Assembly (NCBI GenBank): GCA_053919585.1
Contig: CM132818.1
Direction: 5' to 3' (one strand)
DNA: 64,000 nucleotides
Source: Euprymna scolopes
Taxonomy: Eukaryota
The position numbers were made by a program, and so were the translations under genes. The notes below the pieces were generated by a model. It searched no databases. It was given only the letters and a program-made list of their open reading frames with translations, and was not told where the DNA came from. Below, piece by piece: positions 40,155 to 54,180 of this stretch. The number at the start of each line of letters is the position of its first letter. Positions within the stretch are counted from its first letter, which is position 1.

Positions 40155-41620
40155 GTATGAATTTTTATATTTTTTATTTAGTTTTCATCTTAACCCACCT
40201 TTCCCTTCTCACTCACAAATTTTAATTCATTTTTTTTTTACTTTTATGCTTTCATTTATATCTTACTATTCTTATCTTTATACTTTTCTATGTAATTCTT
40301 ATTTCTCTTATCCTTGATACCCCAGTTTTTGTGATCCATTCATATACATCAATTGGTCATAAATTTTTTATAAATGTTTGTGTGTTCCACATATTCAACA
40401 TTAGTCAACTGGATGATAGACTTTAGAATATGCTAGTGTTTTTAACCGCTTTTAAATCATCTGTGGACTTAAAACTGGGTGTTTAAAATTTCCTATAATG
40501 GCCTATCTACATGAATGTAAAAATCCTGTTCAAAATCTAAAGTGTATCTCTGTGTACCCCCACCCCCACTATTTCTTGTATTTATACAACACTACAGATT
40601 TGAATGACCAGTGTCTAAGATGAATATGCAGTAACTTTTTTTTTGTTTTTTTGCTTGAGTAAATATCTGGATTAGCTTGATATTTTCATTATATTTTTAA
40701 AATATGACTTTTTTTCATTCAATTCTAAACAACTTTATAAAATCGATAAAAAATGTAAAAAAATTAAAGTGATTACTAAAATCAATGACAAGTATGTTTT
40801 TTTAATGCATCCTAACAAAGTTCAATTTTCTATGTTTAGACATAATTACAAAGATAAACTTTATTAAAGTAGAGTGAGGTTTCTTTTGTTAAACCATAAC
40901 AATGAAATAGGAAATTTAATGGATTTTTTTAAATTTATAAATCACTTTTCTTGATTAAACTGATTTGCTTATTACAACTAGTTGACTTATTTTCATCAAA
41001 TGTCCGGTTAATCTTGCTAACAATTACTGTATTAATCTATTCATGATTTCAAAACCTATTGTTCAATTGCTTGGTCGTGTTTTCGTCTATGAAATGAACT
41101 TTATAGATTTCTATACCCAACAATTTGAAAGTCCATAGGCTTCAGAAGAAGACTTAACCAACTTTATTGCATCTAATTTTTCTTGCACATCTATTCATTT
41201 TTTAAGATGTTTTTTTTTAATAGGATTTTCAACAATAAATTTGTGCCTTTTAACACTTTGTACAATTTTTTTTTTTTTTTAGTTTTGAACTTTTATCGAT
41301 TATTAAATGATTTGTGGTCTACAGAATTTTAACTTTGAAAAAATGCAAGATAAACATTGTTATATATTGAGTTAAAACATCAAAATTGATGGACAAATAG
41401 AAGAAACAAGATTGCAATCTCAATAAATATTTGTTAAATAAAAAGAAAATTTTATTATATGTAGTTAAAATTATTTTTCTTATTCAGGAGGGCCCAAATA
41501 TTACATAACAAATCGGTCCCATGATGATATGCATGTTAGTTTTTTTTTGTTTTTTTTTTAAATTATTATTTATGCCAAAATATCTTATTCAGGGTGCGAG
41601 TAAAGAAATTGAAAAGAAAT

Positions 41621-42313
41621 GAAAGTACTTTGTTCAAACTCCTTGGCTTAACATTCATGGGGAACATGAGTTGAAACAGATACATTGAGGGCATTGCTAA
41701 GGCTGCTGCAAAGAAGGTGGTCTCTCTCTCTCTACTGCGCTAGAAAGTTACTTACGCCTAAAAGTATCTTGGACCTCTACAATGTCACCATTCACCTATG
41801 GTTGGAGCATTGTTGCCACATTTGGGCCGGTGCATCTGCTACTTGTCTCTTACTCTGGGACAGGGTTCAAAAGAGAGTCGCCAACCTGATAGGTCCACAC
41901 TATCAACTAGGCTTCAACATCGATAAAATGTTGCATCCCTCTGCCTGGTTTACAACTATTTTAATGGTGGATGCTCCGACAAACTACAAGCCCTTGGTGC
42001 CCTCTTGACGTAAATACCCCGACAAACTCGGCAAGCAGCAAAATCCCACCCCCAGACAGTAGAAATTCCTAGATGTAAGAAAGCTTTCTACTGTAATAGT
42101 TTCTTCCCTAGGACTGCTAGACTTTGGAATTCCCTTCCAGCTCCCTGCTTCCCTGACTGTACTGACATGCAGAAGTTCAAGTGCAATGTAAACAGACATC
42201 GTGTTGCTCAACTCCCTACATAGTATCCCTGCAACTTATGTCCCAGATAGTAGCCGCTTACATCAAAGTGGGACTCTGCTTTGTTTGGAGTGAAAATGCA
42301 ATAAAAAAAAAAA
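41621..42313 (+). mobile_element. 5'-truncated CR1-like LINE, same family as 5225-6765 but opposite orientation
   Basis: HCCHIWAGASATCLLLWDRVQKR peptide; colinear with the reverse complement of 5225-5900; poly(A) at 42303-42313. Confidence 0.9.
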
Positions 42314-45300
42314 GTTATCTTGATTAAAGTTTTTTGGTTTAATTAGTGAATTCGACGTTTAATTTTTAAATTGTTACTAAAATATTACAATAGTTTTATG
42401 TTGTCATTTATAAAAATTTCTATTTTAATTTTTACACAAAATGTTTGAAAAACAAAAAAAAATTTTGTTAAAGGAAATATGCCAATGAGCAAACTAAACA
42501 TCAGTGAATCGTTGCACTCCTAGTCATCAAGCATTTAAATATTATTAAATACTAGCAGGACCCATGTACTGGCGTTGCCTGGTGGAAGTATGTTCCCACC
42601 CCCATCCGACCTGTATGAAAAAAAAAACAATTAAACTACGGTTGTTAATGTGAGCACTGGCACCTATGGCCAAAATGAATGTACCATGATAAAGTAACAA
42701 CCAAATATGAAAGAAAAAAGGCCAAATTGATAACTATAGCCAGATTTTCCAAAATAAAAAAGCCGAATTGAAAAAACAAAGTGTGTGCATAAATATATAA
42801 ATATTTAAGTATTTTACACGTCAGTATTGTTATTTTTTGTGATGTTTTAAACTGATGCATTTCATATATATTTATATATTGAAGTGTCTAAACTTCCAAA
42901 TAATCTGGTCTTTTTTATTGGTTTCAAAATATTTTTTCCTTCTTTATTGTTGTAGAAAAGCAGTTCTTACAGGCCCTAATATTGAAATGATATATCATTT
43001 TTTTTCTAGCACTAGTATATTCATAATCAGGGTGTGCTGATAAAAAGGGATTCTGTGAACACATCTCAACAATATCTTGATGCCAAAGAAAAGAAAGTAT
43101 GTTTTCATAAGCTATTCCCCTAAATGTTTCCCAAAATAGTGAAGCCTTTACTTTCTTCTCTGGTTACAATTTCTTGAGTGGAAATAACTTTGTGTGATGA
43201 AGTGGGTGCAATCGTAAACCTCTTTACCTGAAGACATGATCGCTTCACCTGAAAAATCTTGCGAGTAGGTGGGCAACATAGACATAATTCACCCATGGGG
43301 ATTTCTCTCAGATTTCCTCATATACTTTTGTGATTTTTATAGAAACAATGTTCCTTTTATATTCTCTTCCTTTCATATTGTTTTTTATGAATGTCGTAAT
43401 TTTTTTCCTTATGTGAAGCTTTGTGATTGCAATAGTTTGGGGATTAGTTGACATCGCCAGTGTTAAACATGTTGAACTTATACATATATACTAGCAGGGA
43501 AACCCAACGTTGCCTGGGATTGAATGGAGATCAACAAATATGCCACACTTCCAATACTTTTATTGTCACTGAAATCTGTGAAATCACCTATTTTTCAGTT
43601 AAATTTGATTGCTTGCCTGTTCTAGTTGAGGACCCACAACAATGCACTAGTAGGAAGCTTCACATGTTTCCTTCAGTGACTTAGTCGACACTACATTGTA
43701 ATCTACATTGCACTGTAAAGAACCTACTGTTGATTTTATAAAATTATTTTTATATAATGGCTTTATTAAATTTAAGTATCTTGATCCAATTGTGCTCTAA
43801 ACAGAAACATAATTTCAAACATTCCCCTATTTTATCAAAGAATTTGCTGTCGCTTTTATACATCGAACCCTTCTGCTTGAGCAGTGATAAAACTTCTCAA
43901 ATGCACTTGTGATGTTGGACTATTTTAAGGGTGTTAACTTTAGTCACAATCAGACCGTTCCTTTTTTTAATTGGATTTTTTCAATTATCGATTTTTGATA
44001 TTTATTAGGTTTCATACCTGAATGACTCTATCTAAGAACGCTCTCAGACTCAAAGTACATTTGTGTGAAAATTTAAAAAAAAATTTTTTTTTTTAAATGG
44101 GCCTAGCTGTTTCGGATTCCACAGGGAACAAATTCTTACACATTGATAAAGTGCATTTTATATATTTTCTTTTACTTTAGTTAGTTTGAAGAGATCAAAG
44201 AGCTCCTTTTTGAAATGAACATTTGATTTCATTAAAATTAGTGTTTTTGTATTCCAGATAAAGTTTTGCTCATAGACAATAAAACAGTATATTTATTTAG
44301 TATGAATTTTTATTTATACAATTATTTTTGGCTACATATGTTCATACATGTTATGGCTGAAACCTCATCAAGTAAAATATCCAACTTGGAATTCAAAAAT
44401 AATTTTTTTTAATTGGTATTCATTTCCCATTCAATATTTGATCTTCCAAGGTTTCTGTTGAAACAGGTATGCACATGTATAATTAGAAATTAAATAAAAA
44501 CGATTCTCTCTATCGGTCTCTTTCCATCTCATGCATATATTTATTTATAAAGACGTGTACAAACTTTGCTACACTGGCATGACAATGTTTTGATCTGTTG
44601 TTATTAATAACTAAGATCCCTTAAGCAAAAAGTCTGTCTTTTCATTTAGATGTTCATCACATTACTGCATATCTATATATATAAATTTGTATTCCTGTCT
44701 ATTTGCTTGTTCACAATTTGATTAATATATACAAAAAGTCTATTACTTTTCTATTTCATTTATTTCTATATATATAGTATGGTTCTTGTAAAATATACGA
44801 CTAAGAGGTAACGTCATTTGCATATTACATTAAGGAAAATTGATTTTATTAATTAGTTGTATGTTAGTTACTGTTTATAGTGAGAGAATTGTTTTAAGTG
44901 TTCTATTAATTATTGTTATTTCAAGTTGATTTATATTGATAATATATTTAATTTAATTTATTTTTACTGACATTGATTTTCTTTAGAAACCGGTTTGAGT
45001 TATTCTCCCTGGGCGCCTACCTTGTTCTTTTTTTTTTTTTTTTTTTTTTTCTTCGGCGGATAACTAAAAACAATTCACTTATTTCGATTTTTTTTTTTTT
45101 ATCAGAAGGTTACTTTTTTTTTCTTTTTTTTCTTAAGAAACAAACAATCCAATCCAATTATGATTCTTTATTTAAAACAACAACAAAAAAAAAACTTCTA
45201 TTTAAATTTTTTTTCAATATTTTTTTTTTTTTTTTTTTGACATTGTAACTGCTTATTTTTTTCTTTTAATCTCGCAATAAGTCCTAACTAATCATTTTTA

Positions 45301-45707
45301 TAACATAAAAATGTTAATTTTGGTTAACACAAATTCTACTTTGGTATTTTTGAAACTGAATTATTTACAGTTTGTTTTCATTGTGACAGACTATAAAGAG
45401 AAATCTTTCTAGACTGAGGAAGCATTAAAGAAATTCGCTTAAATTGGTATAGTCATAAAAAGTTTTCAATATCTGGAGAATAGCTTCTCTTCATATCCTT
45501 TTGCCGAAATATCTGGTGAAGAGGTTGTCATGTACTACTTATTTGGTGGGTGGGTGGGGGGTACATTTTCGTGTTTTTATCCATTCTTTTATTTTTGAAA
45601 TTGTTGTGGAGGTAACAATGGAGTTGACATAATAATGAAAATCTGATCAATATTCTTAGTATAGAAGGTGTGTCCAAACCGAACTTCATGTCGACTCTGG
45701 CAATGCT

Positions 45708-45836
45708 NNNNNNNNNNNNNNNNNNNNNNNNNNNNNNNNNNNNNNNNNNNNNNNNNNNNNNNNNNNNNNNNNNNNNNNNNNNNNNNNNNNNNNNNNNNNN
45801 NNNNNNNNNNNNNNNNNNNNNNNNNNNNNNNNNNNN
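45708..45836. other. Assembly gap (129 N)
   Basis: Run of N. Confidence 1.
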
Positions 45837-46617
45837 TGACTATATATCCCATCAGTATAATGAAATACATATACACTTGTGAAAAAGTAGACATTCACCT
45901 ATAAGTATAATAATTTGACAATAAAAATTTTAAAAATAATAAAAAATAAAAAATGTCATGATTGTGGAATGATTCTGTTTGTTTATTTATTTGCTTTTTG
46001 GTCATTAGAATGTTACACACAGCGCTATATATATATATATAATTACACACACAAAGATTGTAAAAGTTAACCTTTTTACTCTACTATTCTTAACCATCAA
46101 ACACTATTATTTTTAAACTAGATGGAGTTTTTTCTTTGATGTTTGTCGTTTTACTCAAAGAGCTGAGCAAAGTACTCGTTTGTTCTTTGATTGCAATATT
46201 TATAATCTTATCACTGCCAACTACATTACCTAGGTATATCTGCATGCATCTTTATAAAGTATATCTATAAACTGATTTTCAATCTGAATTGAAACTAGCA
46301 AAGTTTTAAAATATTTTTTTATAAAACTCTATCTAAAAGAATATTGAGCCCTTTGTGTGCATGGTATAATCTTGATACAGATCCGTTTTGATTTTGAGTA
46401 AAATTCGATTTTCATGTTATTGCGAAAGAATATCAGAATATTTTTCTTTTTCCATTTTTTTTTTTTTTTTTTTTTTAAGTTTGTCATATGATGAATTTAA
46501 CTTTTAGGTAACAATAAAGTTTAATGGATGCTGGTGTTTGTTAGGAAATAAATGAAATGGGAATATTGTGTTGTGTCAACCATTAATTATTTCTAATTTT
46601 CATTTTGATAAGCAAAG

Positions 46618-46686
46618 AAAAAGAAAACCAACGCATAATCGTGACTTATGGTGACGGTGTTTCCAGTGAATCTCTAAAACCAGCAG
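46618..46686 (+). CDS. Candidate small exon (E)KENQRIIVTYGDGVSSESLKPA; acceptor ambiguous (46613 or 46618)
   Basis: Coding-like, CpG-containing island after a pyrimidine tract; CAG|GTCAAG phase-1 donor; AAG acceptors only. Confidence 0.35.
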
Positions 46687-47104
46687 GTCAAGTCTTCCTG
46701 CAACGATTCTTGGCTCTGTTTGTTATTGCGGCATGGTGCACATTTAAAAATTTTTTTTTTTTTTTTTTTTTGCTTTTTAAATGTACATTTTTGTATTAAT
46801 TGCTTGTATTGTTAATTTTTAAGCTTTTAACTTATTTTTAGTTTATTTTATTGTCAACATGTATTTTTAATTAGGATTTTTATTATGTTGTTTTCTAAAC
46901 AAACTTTATGTATTTATTTTTTAATATTGATGCTGCTAATGAACTTGTGGCTTCTTCCCCACCAAAATTTTTTGAAAAAAACTTATTCATATGAAATAAA
47001 CTCAAAACTGTTAATATTCCACCTTTGTCCTTTTTAAGCTTTTATCTAAAGATCACGGATCATTTTTTTTTTTTAATAAATATGGAGTAGATGTGCATGC
47101 ACTA

Positions 47105-47365
47105 AAGGGTTGCTGATGGAAACTATCATAAGACAAATGACTTTGGACATATTTACCATCAAAGAGGCCTAGAACATCTAGTATTGACTGATAGAAGGCC
47201 AGGATCGAAAAGGCAAGGTCGACCAAGATTTGCTTTGATAGACAACTTCATCAACTGGATGAGAGTATCATTAAAAGCTGAGCTTTTTCAGACTATAGAT
47301 AGCCGACCGTATTGGAAAGCCATGGTCGTCAATGCTGTTAAATGGCAGGGCCAATGACGATGATT
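47105..47365 (+). mobile_element. RTE-like LINE 3' end
   Basis: Frameshifted peptide FGHIY..GLEHLVLT..PGSKRQGRPRFALIDN..WM....DSRPYWKAMVVNA* followed by tgacgatga tail. Confidence 0.75.
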
Positions 47366-49401
47366 AATAAATATAAGGATGAATGAAACTCTTCAGCATG
47401 TATATTAAGATAATTACTGTAGTTGTTGAACGTCATTCATCCATTTCATATTAGATGAGTATTGTTGGCATTTGTTTCCCCAATATTTTTCTTGTTAGAA
47501 TTCGATCTAGAAAGTCATCAGGTACTTATGGGAGGAACCACATAAAGATTGACAACATCCCTAAGAGAAAATGTTTCTGTGGAACAAATTGCCACCGTCA
47601 CTTCCCAGTCGCTGTAGTTAATGTACTGAGATGCTGTGCATTACTTTGCTGTAACGTGAAAGTTGAACATGCATTATAGTCTCATTCGGGAACTTATGTT
47701 TTAAGAGTTTAAACTCACCTATGATATGACATAAGCATCATGCTTCAATGAACAAATACTTCAATAAATGTTGCTCCAGTTGCAATGACATCCATCTGAT
47801 CTAGTACCTTTATGACCCCAACTGTTGCTGAATTATGTGTCATAAATTGTACAAAATCTTTTGACTCCTTGTATGTTCCAATACAATCACATCTGATTTA
47901 CTTGAATTATGCTTGACTCTTTAAACACCATTGATTTTTCTAACTCTTTTTTTCTTTCATGGTGTACATGAGTGTGTATAAAAACCTATCATTCTTCACA
48001 TTTGATTACAGCTGACTTCTATTTTACTATGAGATAAATGGTCCATATGTGTCATCCAAGTTTTCTTTTTAGACTAATTGCCATACAAAGTTTTACGGTC
48101 TCTTCTATTTCATTGAATTATAGAAATTCCTTATAAATCAGTTTTAAATGAAAGCAAAATAAAACAATTTTATATCAAAATCCAGATTCTTAAACTTTGA
48201 CTATTCAATATACCTACTCCATTAATTAAACTATTTAAAAAAATTTGTACAATTTTTTATGGTGTGATTTTAAAAAAGTCTCATAATTTGAAGCCACGTT
48301 TCATTAGTGCTTATTAAATCACTATTTAATTATAATGTTAATGTGAGTCATATTTTTATTTAAGTTTTATGCTTTTGATATTGCATGGATCTCATCTGGC
48401 ATGTACTTCCATAGAAAAAGTTATTTTATTTTTACTACAAAACCATTGTTTTTCTTTTTCATTTGTCTCCTGTACTTTTTTTCTTTTTCATTGTCCGTTT
48501 TTATTTGTAATTTCTTAGTTTAAAGGAGAATTTATTTTGTATTAAAATTAGAATTATGTAATTTTTTTGAATAAAAAAGAACATCACAAATATTAGCTGA
48601 TACTAATTACCTTTAATATTAACTGAAATTCAACATTACATTTTTATGTAGGGACAGATAACTCCAGCTTGGGAATATATCTTTAGGATAATTTCTGGTG
48701 CTTGTAGATTAATAATATTTTAAATCAACACATTTCAGATAAAAACCTTATTACATATTTACATGTTATGTCGAAATTAGTGTAAATTATTAAAAATGAT
48801 CCACTAGAAAAATAACAAGTAAAAATAGAATTTTTCGAATTTTATATTGTATTATTGTATGTTTTAATGTGGTAAAATTGTGCGACCAATTCAGTAGGAC
48901 AAACTAACTTATCTCTCTTGACATAAATTGACTTGAATTAAGGATCTGCCATTTTTAAACGCAAAATGTCAGCAAGCACTTAATTTTCTAGTTTATTAGT
49001 ATAAATTTAAGTTTTGCTGTTAATGTTTTGCAAAACATATTTCAAGCTGAAAATTATTAGTTATTTACTCCACATTATTTTCAGTATTAATATTATGGTA
49101 ATAATTAATATCAACTAATACTTGTTAAGTATCCATTTTTACTCTTGAAAAGGACATAAATCTTGATTTTAGTACAAAACAATTAATTTTGAAGTAATAC
49201 TTTGTCATCTGGAATTTCCTCCTTTCAACTAGGAAATTACCTTTTTATCATGTTTTGTTGCAAACATTAGTTTCGTCTGTGTTCATTTCTTAATTCATTT
49301 TAACCCTTCATAAACGCCACATCTTTTAAAGCTGAATGTGTTTCCACTTTCCAAATCTGACACTTTTTACAATAACCTCGTGCTGATTTTCTACTGTTCA
49401 G

Positions 49402-49452
49402 AAGATGCTGAACCCGAAGTTACTTTACGGGACATACCCGGCTTGAGTACGA
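49402..49452 (+). CDS. 51-nt phase-1/phase-1 exon (E)DAEPEVTLRDIPGLST
   Basis: GCTGAT branch-like motif, ttttctactgttcAG acceptor, GTAAGT donor at 49453; open frame; CpG-rich compared with flanks. Confidence 0.75.
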
Positions 49453-50541
49453 GTAAGTGGCGTTGGCAGAAGGTTGTTGGTGCATGTTCCATCAACTGAA
49501 TGCCGCCTCCTCCTCCCTCTTTGAACTAACCCCCATTGAAAATGTGTGTTGGACGCTCTAATATCTTTTTTCAAATTGCATTGTTGTCATTGTTGTAGAG
49601 AAATTGCTCCAAACTATGTGATCTAAAGATCTAAGTTAGCCGTTATAAATATTCACTGATGTTCCTTCATTTTTAGCGTGACTATTCTCATCTTAAATGA
49701 GTCGATTGTCACTTAGCTTTTGCTTTTACAACTATTTAAGTCATGAATGAAAGCTATGAATGAATGGATGATTTTGACATTTTTGTTTTAAGTCTTTGTA
49801 GAGTCTTCATGTATTCTCTTCTGGTGTTACCAGGAAACAGATTGAATGCGCTGCTTTCTGATTTTAGCATTTATATTTATCAAAAGTTTCACCAAAATAA
49901 TAGCTAACATTTAAAACGTAAATATTGTAATGTTTTCTTTAATGGATCATACAGTTTTCACTTTGGCCAATAAGACCTTCCTCAAAGTACAAAATGTTGA
50001 ATAATGGGAAATGAAAAATGTTATTTTTGAGATTTTTTACACAAAGAAATTTACAATTTTTATGTTAGGATCTATTTAAACCTGCAAGTAATCTTCAGTT
50101 ACATGGTTTATTTTGGGCGCCTCCTACACAAACTATCCTTTCCTCCAATCGCTTGCAGAATAGTTTCTGAATATATGAAAAGATAACTATTCTTTTTAAT
50201 TCAATTTGTATCTGTAATATATAATTAAGTATAATATGTTATGGCTTCAACCATATGCTATCTGTAGAGCTAAATAGTTCTGAAGTTCAAAACCATGTCT
50301 AGCGTTTGTAATAAAATTATAATAACTGCTCTACTTTTTGGAGTATTGAGCACTTTTGAATTAAATACAAACTATTTACCAATTAAAATACCTATTTGGT
50401 AACAATATGGAATATATATATTGCATGATTTCTTCGTATCTCTCTATTTACCTGTCAACATTTTATGCTCTGTAGATAGTTCATTGATCAAATTCTAGAT
50501 TTTATGATACATTAAAGACTGATCAATTAGAATGTTTTTTT

Positions 50542-50588
<47 letters not shown>

Positions 50589-50676
50589 GTGCCTATAAAC
50601 TAAAACATAAATACATATTGACAGCATTATGCATAAATATATCTTGTAAATGTTTAATAGTTTTGCTATATCTCAG

Positions 50677-50787
50677 ATGGTTTAACCCTTATCGGTTTGA
50701 TGACTGCAATAGTTTTGCATGGCTTCAGAGCTTTTGACAGGACTTACCTGAAAAGGTCTTTTTGCTTTATCTTTTTGAATGAGTCTG
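50677..50787 (+). CDS. Candidate 111-nt phase-1/phase-1 exon (D)GLTLIGLMTAIVLHGFRAFDRTYLKRSFCFIFLNES
   Basis: tatatctcAG acceptor, CTG|GTATGT donor; only the phase-1 frame is open across it. Confidence 0.45.
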
Positions 50788-51422
50788 GTATGTTTTTGTT
50801 TGTTTATTTTTTATTATATTTTGTGTATTTTTATTTTATTTTGCATTTTGCTTCTATTATGTTTGATTTTAATTGCCTGAATTATTTATTTTTTTGCATC
50901 TACATTTTTATTTTTATTTTTAACATTTGTTTTTAATAAACATGAAGGTTAATAATAATAATAATAATAATAATAACAACAACAATAACAAACAGTAATA
51001 TTATCTAAATTAATGATCTTAACACCATATCAACTACTTTGACAGTAGTACATGTATTCAAATTGGAACAATATAGAAAAAATAAGCATAATATAAATTT
51101 ATGGTGTTCCAAATTTTAAAATCAAAATGATTTTAAAAATGATAGTATGGACTTACAGAAATTTACATCATGAATAACTGTTTAATGTTTAAAAATATTT
51201 AAATAAACTTGAAATATTTATGAAATAAAAGAACAATTTAATCATTGATTAACTCTAAAAAGTTTGTTATTAAACAATTAAGTCAAGTCACATCTTCAAT
51301 AATTTTCTTGAGAAATAACATTCTTGACAAATAAAACAAGTTTGATAGAATTGAACAGATGGATCCATTTTAAGTATATGAAAACATTTCTTATCTAGGG
51401 AATATTTCTTTCAGTGTACATT

Positions 51423-51467
<45 letters not shown>

Positions 51468-51598
51468 CCTATCCCTACCTACATATTGAGCACTGTTGAA
51501 GTAAATACTTAAAGTTTACACATAAATCTATACCTTCGTATATTAATTTATGTGATTAAATGAAGTAGTCATATATATATATATATATATATATATAT

Positions 51599-51862
51599 GA
51601 CTATGGATACCTATGAAGGGTTGTTTGCGCGTTAAATTTTTGTGGCAGGAGGTGCGTAATCTCCAACCACAGCTCTCCTGGGATAGCATTGTTAAATAGC
51701 AGAGCAAGTGAAGTACAGGACAACTGGAAACAAATGCCGAGATAAGTGAAGAGCACATACAGCACCTAGAATTCACAAATGGTCATGCATCTGATACTAA
51801 TCAGGCTCAACGTTGCTTAACTTCGGTGATCTGACGAGAACCGGTGTGTCAACATGATTATG

Positions 51863-51868
<6 letters not shown>
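51599..51868 (-). mobile_element. 5S-rRNA-derived SINE (SINE3-like): 5S head at 51755-51868 plus ~155-nt tail
   Basis: Minus strand reads ACACCGGTTCTCGTCAGATCACCGAAGTTAAGCAACGTTGAGCCTGATTAGTA..., closely 5S-like with a diverged C-box; no T-run terminator directly after the 5S part; (TA)n on both sides. Confidence 0.8.
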
Positions 51869-51904
<36 letters not shown>

Positions 51905-54129
51905 AAATTACTCTATAATCGTTTTAAGCCTTTTGGTCCTAAATGGGATGATCTCTGTGACTTCCACCTCACCCAGAATTTAATTGTTCTAATTCCAGTT
52001 CTTGTTTGTCTATTATGAAGCAGGTTTATTTACACTATGGGGATAAGCTGATATATCTATTTTAAGAATAATGGACTTACCCAGAAACTATAAATATAGT
52101 CACATTTAACATGTTATCGATTAGCAATGATAATCATGGCCCCCAAAATCATGATGTGCACTTTAATATACTTTTGCTAATTATACTAACCACTGTGTTT
52201 GCCTTGATGATTATTACCAGCCTGCAAGACTATAATACTGACGATGAGGAATTAAAAACTTACACTGCTGTAACAATTATATCTACGTTAACATGTTTAG
52301 TTTTATTTTATTATAATCTCTACCATCTGCAAATTGCTTATCTTGACATTTTAAAATTTATCGTGATATCGCTGTATCAGAAAAGATATTGAACTTTTTA
52401 TAAGATCTCGAGTCATTGAAAGACCTGATTTTGAGATGTTGATTTTAATGTCTTCCACAGTTGTCTGTTTCACCTTATTGTCATTCGATATGGCAAGTGT
52501 TTTCACAACGAGACTCAAAATGTGACCAAACAAATAGCAATTAAGGGCAATGACCACAGCATTCACACTTTGAATTAATTAACTGATGTCTTTTTTTTTT
52601 TTTTTAAGTAATGTTACTGATTTTTAATTTACTAATAATTATAGAAAATTAATGAGATGCGTGTCCCAGCATTACTCACGGAAATTGAGGAAACAGTGAA
52701 TTGATCAGAAAGATTCTTTTCGTTCATCCATAATATAAAAGATTTTCATAAGTAGAACAAAGTGTTATATTAAAACGAAAATAATTATTGAATTAGAAAA
52801 TAATAAAAATAGTGTATTAATGCAATGTCAATTTTAAAAGCAACATGCAAATTAGTTAATTTTATTACATACACATGGTTAGAATATTAGAAAACTGTTC
52901 TGAATATAGCTTTGATATTTTAATCTCACTCTCAGTGCAATAAATGAACCAACTGTATAAATCATCATCCACTTAATCATTTTCCCATGATCATGATTCT
53001 CATGTTTTCTGGAGACCTGCAATCTCAGTCTCCAAACTCAGCAGTCTTGAGGATCGATTCTGTTCAAATTCTATTGTTTATGGTCTGCACCCATTTTCTT
53101 GAAGTCTCACTTTACTCTGGTCTTCCATCTCTGCATTTTCTTATCCAAAAATCGCTTCTCTCAACACGACCAAACCAACCAACATAGCTTACTGAAGAGG
53201 AATTCATTCAGCTTTGGTATATTCCACTTCACCAACAGGGTATCAGAACTAATATGCCAGATGAGATCTAACATTGTATATCCATTTAAGCATTGTTCTG
53301 TTATTGTATTGAAGACAGGCAAGTGAGGACTGAGTCTAGCACTTATCTCGATACAGTATTACATTCCTAACACAGCTGCTATATACCCTCACCTTTATTA
53401 TGGAAGTAAAGCTCATGGTGTCAGGACTGATATGTGGAATTTACCCCATATTGATTTGACCACCTCCCGCATTCAACATATCACCAAGGTAAGAAAAGGA
53501 GTTCATTTCACCTTGGTGCAAGTTGTTCAGCAATCAAGTTAACCTGTCTGACATAGACACCTTAGTTTCAGTTTCTCAAGCATTACATCCTCTTTTCAGA
53601 GTTGGGTTTATTACCTGTACTCTTGGGCATCCTTAATTTTGTAAGCTGACAATTGGAGTAAATTGTTGCCAATTCAGAGTAGCATCATGTCTAATGTTGT
53701 CTCTGTGAAGAGGAAAGTAAATATCAACAATTTATATCCTCTCAAATGTCGGTGCAGAAGTTTAACTACTTTCCAATAATACTTTATAAAATGTTTTCAA
53801 ATATTAAGTTATTGCATTTCTGTTGTTTCTCATAAAATTTAATATTTTTGTAAGTCAAGTCTCATTTTTATTTATTTTTAATAATTTTTCTTAAATCTTT
53901 ATTTTTTCTTTTTTTTTTTCTTTTGGTTATTTCAATTTTCTTATTAGTATATATATAAAGGAATAGGAGGGTTTAAATTTTGGTTATTTACTGCATGACG
54001 CTTAATGCCAATATGCTTTTGTTTTGTTTTTTGTTTTTTTTGTTTTTTTTTGGTGCATTCTTGGAATGTGCGTGTGTTGTGTGTCCAATTGTTTGCTTAT
54101 TTCTTTTATTGAGGCTTAAATCTGCGAAG

Positions 54130-54180
54130 ATAAACTTGATGGATTCGCAGGAAACGATAAGTTGCAACCTGATGTGAAAG
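54130..54180 (+). CDS. 51-nt phase-1/phase-1 exon (D)KLDGFAGNDKLQPDVK
   Basis: Strong AAG|GTATGT donor at 54181; an in-frame TAA upstream forces the AAG acceptor at 54127-54129; open frame. Confidence 0.6.

Noticed and set aside
51755-51868. Functional 5S rRNA gene
   Set aside because: Diverged ends and C-box, no T-run terminator, solitary copy with an attached tail.
52111-53330. Hydrophobic 60-93 aa ORFs
   Set aside because: No splice or start support; composition fits AT-rich noise or decayed LINE sequence.
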